A DNA stretch of 63,870 nucleotides, filler included, from Stramenopiles sp. TOSAG23-2 (taxonomy: Eukaryota), in the NCBI GenBank assembly GCA_900128395.1. It is 10 parts of 10 records of this genome, joined end to end, with 100 filler letters (N's around TTAATTAATTAA, not from the genome) between each part and the next. Parts side by side here need not be neighbours in the genome. Positions count along the whole stretch, not along the records: positions 57,586 to 63,870 come from LT650490.1; 9 more parts are not named here. One strand, given 5' to 3'. Of the stretch, positions 57,586 to 63,870 are shown piece by piece. Every line of letters begins with the position of its first letter. Within the stretch, counting starts at the first letter, position 1. Made by a program: the position numbers and the translations under genes. The notes under the pieces were generated by a model that worked only from the letters and a program-made list of their open reading frames with translations, ran no database searches and had not been told where the DNA came from.

Positions 57586-59662
57586 CCCCCCCCACACTCA
57601 CGCACACGCACACGCATTTTTTTCATTTTTTTTTTACATTTTTCATTAAAATAACATAAAAATCAATAAAATATATATAAAATATATATATATAGATAGA
57701 TAGATAGATAGATACATATATATATATTTATATTTATATCACATCGTATTTAGAGAAACGTATTTGGATGGAACGAAGGGATATCTATTAAACATCTGAT
57801 ATAATAAAATAGTCATAAATTATACAAATAAAGAAGTATTATATAAAACGGTACATATAATCATTATCGATAGACAAACAGATCAACTACAAATTATCTC
57901 ATACAATTCAAAGCAAATAAAAATGGTATTTCCACCTACCAGAGCTGCATACGAGGCACTTATCAATGAAGTCAAATTACTAAAGGAAGAGAATAAACAA
58001 TTGCGAAATGAGATAAAAGAAACCAGTAGATCTACGCTAGAGGTTGAGTTAGAACCTAAAACGAGAGATCGTAAAGCAAGTCGCAACTCATGGGCAGCAA
58101 TCTACCACAACAAAACGGTTCGACGTAAAAGTTTGAAATTATTAGGTGAAGATGTTGTAATGGATGATTGGTTGGATTGGCGTGTAAAATGGGGACAGTG
58201 TGGGATAGGAGTTTCTTCTTTGATTTGGCTGATATGTTTTTTTCTTGGTAGAAAAAATGTTGGATTCCAAATTGCATTTATTGTATTCGGTGTTATTGCA
58301 ATAATATTTGGCGTAATATTGTATTATAAAAATGTATCATTAGTAATTATAAAACGATTATTAAAAGAACCAAATGTTGTTGTTATTGTTGTATTGACTA
58401 TTTGTAATTGTGTTATTGATATTGCACAACCATTATCTTCATTTACCCCAATATATGGATTAATATATCTGGTAGGAGTAAATATGTTTCTTTTTACGGA
58501 TGCAATAAAATTAAAAAGTCGTATATTTGTGATTATTTGTGGAAGTGTATTTACAGTGCTAAATTTGTGGAATATGTATAATAATACATTTGGAAGTTCA
58601 AATAATGGAGTAGTTCTATTTCGTTACACAATACAAAGTAAAGAATATACATTCATGAAACGTGCCACAAAACGATCTATTTTCCTTCAAATTTTGTTGT
58701 TTAGTATAAGTGGTATATACACAACATTTAAAGATAAAAAAATGGAATTTATGATATTTGCTACGGGGAATATTTATCGCGAAACAGGAACTGCATCGAA
58801 GGACGTTGAAGATAAAACATATTCAATGGAGATAATACGAGAAAAAAGAAGGTCAACAAATAAAGCGAGAGTGTAAAAATAATTATGATAAAAAATACGA
58901 GTACGAAATCTTTTTAGATCTCCCAATTATAAAAAAAATATATTTTTTATAGGAACGTATCTTCGTCATTTTTCATATGTGCAGGATGTAAGTGTATTAT
59001 TCCAAAATGATAATAATCTACGCGCGTAATATTACGAAAGGGTACATATAAGTCTTCTTTTGGGAAATATTTTTTATTATATAATTTTTATTTTATATTT
59101 TTTATTTTTAAAAATAAAAAAAATAAAATTTACAAAAATTTTATAAATTAAAAAATAAGCTGTTAGAATAGAAAAACAAAATATATCAGCTTTTAAACAC
59201 GCTTCTATTACGCATCCAATTAAAACATTATCTTTTAGTACCCTTCCTAACTATGCATCAAAAACAAAGAACGACAAATTGATCTTCCAATACAGTTTTA
59301 CGTTGATATGACTAAAATTTATTTAACTAATGATATTTTCAAAAAGCATATTCCCTCAGTGATTTTCAAAATGTTATAAATATATAAATCATATCTACTA
59401 AAAAACAAATATATACTTGCAGGAATACTTGTACAAAATAAACTATCCCTTTGGTATATATTAATAGATATCCCTTCGTTCCATCCAAATACGTTTCTCT
59501 AAATACGATGTGATATAAATATAAATATATATATATGTATCTATCTATCTATCTATCTATATATATATATTTTATATATATTTTATTGATTTTTATGTTA
59601 TTTTAATGAAAAATGTAAAAAAATGAAAAAAATGCGTGTGCGTGTGCGTGCGTGTGGGGGGG
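57586..59662. repeat. ~205 bp inverted repeats (57586-57790 / 59461-59662) flanking a gene
   Basis: Near-identical reverse complements including microsatellites; the left copy starts at the contig edge. Confidence 0.8.
57923..58876 (+). CDS. Multi-pass membrane protein with short N-terminal coiled coil, unknown family
   Basis: 317-aa ORF with about 6 hydrophobic helices. Confidence 0.8.
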   Translation: MVFPPTRAAYEALINEVKLLKEENKQLRNEIKETSRSTLEVELEPKTRDRKASRNSWAAIYHNKTVRRKSLKLLGEDVVMDDWLDWRVKWGQCGIGVSSLIWLICFFLGRKNVGFQIAFIVFGVIAIIFGVILYYKNVSLVIIKRLLKEPNVVVIVVLTICNCVIDIAQPLSSFTPIYGLIYLVGVNMFLFTDAIKLKSRIFVIICGSVFTVLNLWNMYNNTFGSSNNGVVLFRYTIQSKEYTFMKRATKRSIFLQILLFSISGIYTTFKDKKMEFMIFATGNIYRETGTASKDVEDKTYSMEIIREKRRSTNKARV

Positions 59663-60017
59663 GCACCGCCGGTTTTCGTGGATGATCTTTTTTGCAAGTT
59701 ATTGTACCACCGGTAAGGCTGGCCCAGCTGGCCAGGTTGGTATGAACGAAAGGAAGAGTTTCTTTTTTCAATATAATAGCATGTAAATAGCATGTGACGT
59801 AGATTATCATTTTAAAAAATAATAATAATATTTTTTTGTTGGCTGGTTGGATGATTGATATAAATCTATCTATATTCGAATTCAAATATCCCGTGTATAG
59901 CTTTACAGTAGACAAATATTCTAATCAAATAACGATCATCATATGTGTATGTGGCGATTTACCACACGTACATATATATATAGCAGATAAAAGGGAATAG
60001 AAGGAAAAAAAAAAAGA

Positions 60018-61457
60018 ATGGGAGCTTCCAAAAAGAAAAGAAATAATGTTACTAATAGTAATAAGTTGAAAAATGAATTTCAAACTTTTCAATTTCAATA
60101 TTTATTAGTTTATATATTAACAATGTTTGCGGATTGGTTACAAGGGACTCATATGTATGCCTTGTATGATGGTTATGCTACTAAAGACATACCAGAGGAT
60201 GTAAGTGAATATCACCCTAGTCGATACGGGAAAGTTGCGATTTCAACGCTGTTTATAACAGGCTTTGCTTGTAGTGGAATTTTTGGTACTTTTGTTGGAA
60301 GTTTAGCTGATCGATATGGACGGAAAGGTGGTGTTGCTTTATTTTGCCTTTTAGAAATAGCAATTAATTGCATGGAAGAAGTGGAAGACATGCGTGTATT
60401 GCTATTTGGTCGATTGTTAGGGGGCATCTCGACATCTTTATTATTTACCTCATTCGAAAGTTGGATGGTAGCGGAACATCGTAGTCGTGGTTATCCAGAA
60501 AAATGGTTATCTACAACATTTGGTTATTGCCAAGTTGGTAATGGGATAAGTGCAATAGTTGCTGGTTTTGTTGCTGAATATGCTGTTGGAATGTTTGGTA
60601 ACATTGGCCCATTTCGATTAGCAGTTTTGTTATCAGCAATTGTATTTTTCATTGTCATAACTACATGGACGGAAAATCGTGATACACAAGAAAATAAAAC
60701 TGTTTTAGGCTTGTTTCCAGTTGCGTGGGAGAAAATATGGAACGATCCTAGAATCATGTTAATTGGTTTTACAAATGCTTTATTTGAAGGTGCGATGTAT
60801 ACATTTGTATTTAATTGGGTACCATCTATTTACAACGTATGGACGAATCCACCATTAGGTAATGTTTTTTCCTCCTTCATGACATGCATAACACTTGGTG
60901 GCTTTCTTTATAACTATTTGTCTTCATCATCTGGAATGAACATGTCGAATGCTAATATCATGATTTATGTTTTATTATTCTCGTCACTATCATTAATATT
61001 ACCAGCAATAAATCCAAATGAGTTTTGGTTAGTATATGGTGGTTTTTTGCTTTTTGAAACATGTGTAGGCATTAGTTTTGCATGTGGGGGAGGACTACGA
61101 AGTGCTGTGATGCCAGAAGATTTACAAGCAACCATTATGAATATTTTTCGCATACCATTGAATATATTAGTAGTTATTGGGACTAGATTAGATTCATTTG
61201 CTACAACTCGACAAATATTTTTAGTGTGTGTCTCATGGTTAATCATTGCATTGATTTTACAAATTCAATTTTCCAAATATGACAAGGAAAAAAAAGATAC
61301 TACATTGTCAAAGACGAAAATAATAAATTCAAACAAGACTCCTAAAAAGACATTAACGAAGAAAAAATCTACCCCTCGTAGTAGTAGCAAGAAGGCAAGT
61401 ACTGGTAAAAGAAGTACAAGACAGAAAAGTTTGAATAAAAGAAAGAAGAAGAATTAA
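60018..61457 (+). CDS. MFSD5: Molybdate-anion transporter (MOT2/MFSD5 family)
   Basis: ADWLQG..Y.LY, GG.STSLLF..FESW..EH, LFEG.MY.FVF.W and IMN.FR.PLN signatures. Confidence 0.92.
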   Translation: MGASKKKRNNVTNSNKLKNEFQTFQFQYLLVYILTMFADWLQGTHMYALYDGYATKDIPEDVSEYHPSRYGKVAISTLFITGFACSGIFGTFVGSLADRYGRKGGVALFCLLEIAINCMEEVEDMRVLLFGRLLGGISTSLLFTSFESWMVAEHRSRGYPEKWLSTTFGYCQVGNGISAIVAGFVAEYAVGMFGNIGPFRLAVLLSAIVFFIVITTWTENRDTQENKTVLGLFPVAWEKIWNDPRIMLIGFTNALFEGAMYTFVFNWVPSIYNVWTNPPLGNVFSSFMTCITLGGFLYNYLSSSSGMNMSNANIMIYVLLFSSLSLILPAINPNEFWLVYGGFLLFETCVGISFACGGGLRSAVMPEDLQATIMNIFRIPLNILVVIGTRLDSFATTRQIFLVCVSWLIIALILQIQFSKYDKEKKDTTLSKTKIINSNKTPKKTLTKKKSTPRSSSKKASTGKRSTRQKSLNKRKKKN

Positions 61458-61673
61458 AGAGAGGAGAGAGAGACGTGCGTGTGTGTGTACAACGCACATA
61501 AATTTACAAATACACACACATCATATATTTTATATTTTTTTATATAAAAAATATTTTTAAATATTATAAAAAATTATATAAAAATCTAAATCTTTATATT
61601 AATGGTGGAATGATATTTTTATAATATATATAATATACATCGTGTATCTACTATTGACACGACGTAGAGATCT

Positions 61674-62699
61674 TTAAACATGGTGAATAGTAGTAGAACT
61701 ATTAGGTGTTCGTTGTTGAATTTGGATATTTTCATTTATATTGCCACCAATTTTATTGTTATTATTATTACGAAGACCAAGTTCTACAACATTCATATCA
61801 TCATCCACACTAATTTTATTATATTCATTCACTTTAGGTTTATATAGATATGGAAATAGCCATAAGATGTACCAAAAATTATTATTTTCTAAACCAAATC
61901 GTTTTTTCCAATTTTTAACAAAACCTAGATCTTTTTTGTTAATCCATCTTTTACCTTGTTTATATGCTCTCACTTTCGCTTGGCAATTAAATGCAAATTC
62001 AGGCGATGTTTGTGCAGTTCCTAATAAATATAAATGCCACAACATCATCCCCCCAACTGCTAGTGTTAATGTCAATGGCAAGACGGCACACAAAGATAAC
62101 ATTCCAGAGTCAATATGTTTTGGTTGAAATTTGGAAAAACGTTTATGACGATACGTTATAGTATAAAATGGTAGCACTGAAAAACTTGCAAGATAAAGAC
62201 AACCAATTGTTACGTAAAACAGAAATAAGAAGAAATATTTGTGATTTTCACGGCCAACACAATTCATGATCCATGGGCAATGGTGGTCTAAATCAGAAAC
62301 GCATTTACCACAAATAAAACAATGTTGTGTATCTTTCCCAGTAACAAACTTACAATGTTTGCAGTAATAATCGTCGTCACGGTCCACATTATGCAATGGT
62401 ACTTCTTTGCAACCAACATAACCAGGATTGCCAGGGGATACTGTAATACATCTGTAATAATTCAATAAAATTTGTGATACTATAAATACGCCGAATCCTG
62501 TGGAAATAAAAAAAAAGGCAGTATTTGGCGGACCATACATTGGCATAATTAAATCAAACCACTGATATACAGCACCTCCAGCAAGTCCACAAGCAACTAA
62601 TATAAATAGTGGTGATATTATTTTAAATGCTAATGGTAAACCATCTTTTCCAGCTTGCAATAATTGAGGCAAAAACGTTGGTGGTCCTATACCGTTCAT
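61674..62699 (-). CDS. DHHC palmitoyltransferase (ZDHHC16-like)
   Basis: HC..C.KCV..LDHHCPW..NCVG..NHKYFFLFL. Confidence 0.93.
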   Translation of the reverse strand: MNGIGPPTFLPQLLQAGKDGLPLAFKIISPLFILVACGLAGGAVYQWFDLIMPMYGPPNTAFFFISTGFGVFIVSQILLNYYRCITVSPGNPGYVGCKEVPLHNVDRDDDYYCKHCKFVTGKDTQHCFICGKCVSDLDHHCPWIMNCVGRENHKYFFLFLFYVTIGCLYLASFSVLPFYTITYRHKRFSKFQPKHIDSGMLSLCAVLPLTLTLAVGGMMLWHLYLLGTAQTSPEFAFNCQAKVRAYKQGKRWINKKDLGFVKNWKKRFGLENNNFWYILWLFPYLYKPKVNEYNKISVDDDMNVVELGLRNNNNNKIGGNINENIQIQQRTPNSSTTIHHV

Positions 62700-63030
62700 A
62701 TCTGTATTAATTTTACTTTTGTTTTCCTTTTGTATTTGCCTATCTACCCACGTGTGTCTTTAAGTGTGTGTGTGTGTGCGTGTGCGTGCGTGCGTGCGTG
62801 CGTGTATACATATACGTCTATCCTAATGTGTCATGTTCTTCTATTTCCTCCACATCTATGATGTGTGATAATAAAAACCACAACATACAAAAAATGCACA
62901 AAAAAATGCATCACAATTCATTCTATAAAAAATAATATTATAGCTCTGCTGGTGGTCTGGATGTGGGAGCATGCCAGCATGCCCAGCATGCTGGCATGGC
63001 ATGCTGGGCATGCCCGGCATGCCTTACGGG

Positions 63031-63091
63031 TACTCTGGACACCAGAGATTTTCCTTGCCAGTACCCTGACAAGGAAAACCTCTGGTCCAGA
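63031..63091 (-). promoter_or_regulatory. Palindromic upstream element C (copy 2)
   Basis: Strong hairpin: ctgg..accagag.ttttccttg / caaggaaaa.ctctggt.ccag. Confidence 0.55.
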
Positions 63092-63870
63092 ACGCCAACA
63101 TCCATTATGAATAGTGTTATTTTTTTCATATTTTTTAGTGTTTTTCCACTTTTTAAATAGGATCTTAGTCTTGGCAGTCTACAGAGCATTATTTTTGTTC
63201 TTATTGTAATTAGTATGGACACCTATCAAAATGAAATAATATTTAAGGATTCTCGTCTAAAATGCCATGAAAACATAAACGTTCAGAAAAACAACATATA
63301 TTTCAGATACAAACACATATACAAAAATATATATAGATACATAGACAGATATATTATAGAATAGTATTAATTTAAATTAGATACTCTATGAGATAATTGT
63401 TTATATCATGATTTTTATTATTAATATGTTATATATAATAATATAAATCCATTTATTGAAGACAACTGTTTATAAATTAAATAATACAAGATAAAATTGA
63501 ACAGTTGCAAATGTTATTTATAAGATATATATATACTGCTACTAATAATAATATATGTATAATTAGATGTTAATTATGAAAATGTAATTGATTATGTATT
63601 GTAAAAAGTTATTCAAACTGTCTCCAAATTATTGTTTCATTTGGTAGGAAATAATAAATCCTACCAAACAAGCTAAAAATTTCCAGACAGTTTGTACAAC
63701 TTGTTACAAACCATAATAAAGTCTGTGTGTATAAATCTACATTTAAAATTTTCATATCTATATATATACATCAATAAATATAAATACTGACATTCTTTGT
63801 CAATAAAATAGATATGTAAAAGTTTCTATTAGTGTTCAATGCTATTCCCATACTATTCGCATTCTCAATA

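Noticed and set aside
125-63222. Numerous short overlapping or antisense ORFs in the track
   Set aside because: Shadows of real genes or translations of AT-rich microsatellites.

Overview
AT-rich, intron-poor eukaryotic genomic DNA from a flagellated protist (SPEF2 present; a stramenopile single-cell or metagenome assembly is my inference). The window is not one locus. It is ten unrelated ~6.3 kb contigs joined by artificial 100-bp linkers (N44-TTAATTAATTAA-N44), so synteny across linkers means nothing. It holds about 28 protein genes or gene fragments, including SPEF2, a p101/PIK3R5-like protein, MFS transporters, MYND, PhyH, TMEM256, C2-histidine phosphatase, PPR, GST, RPS17, RPC7-like, SAM-Mei2, PRP18, MFSD5 and DHHC. 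It also has a PIF/Harbinger-type transposase with a divergent zinc-ribbon ORF2. The most interesting signals are five. (1) Three tandem copies of a covarying RNA hairpin motif (GAGGCTG(T)GAG-stem-loop-stem-G..CCCCT) fill the RPS17 intron. (2) A dispersed ~310-375 bp non-coding element has 7 copies, all 3' of genes; full copies are bounded by TGG at both ends and carry a structured GC-richer right half, resembling a non-autonomous IS607/Fanzor2 omegaRNA element (SINE is the alternative). (3) A myristoylated DUF4347 + peptidase-S74 autochaperone fusion protein. (4) A palindromic element shared upstream of two unrelated genes. (5) A second AT-rich repeat family, including a ~205 bp inverted repeat around a membrane-protein gene. 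All family calls are by-eye motif recognition, not database searches.
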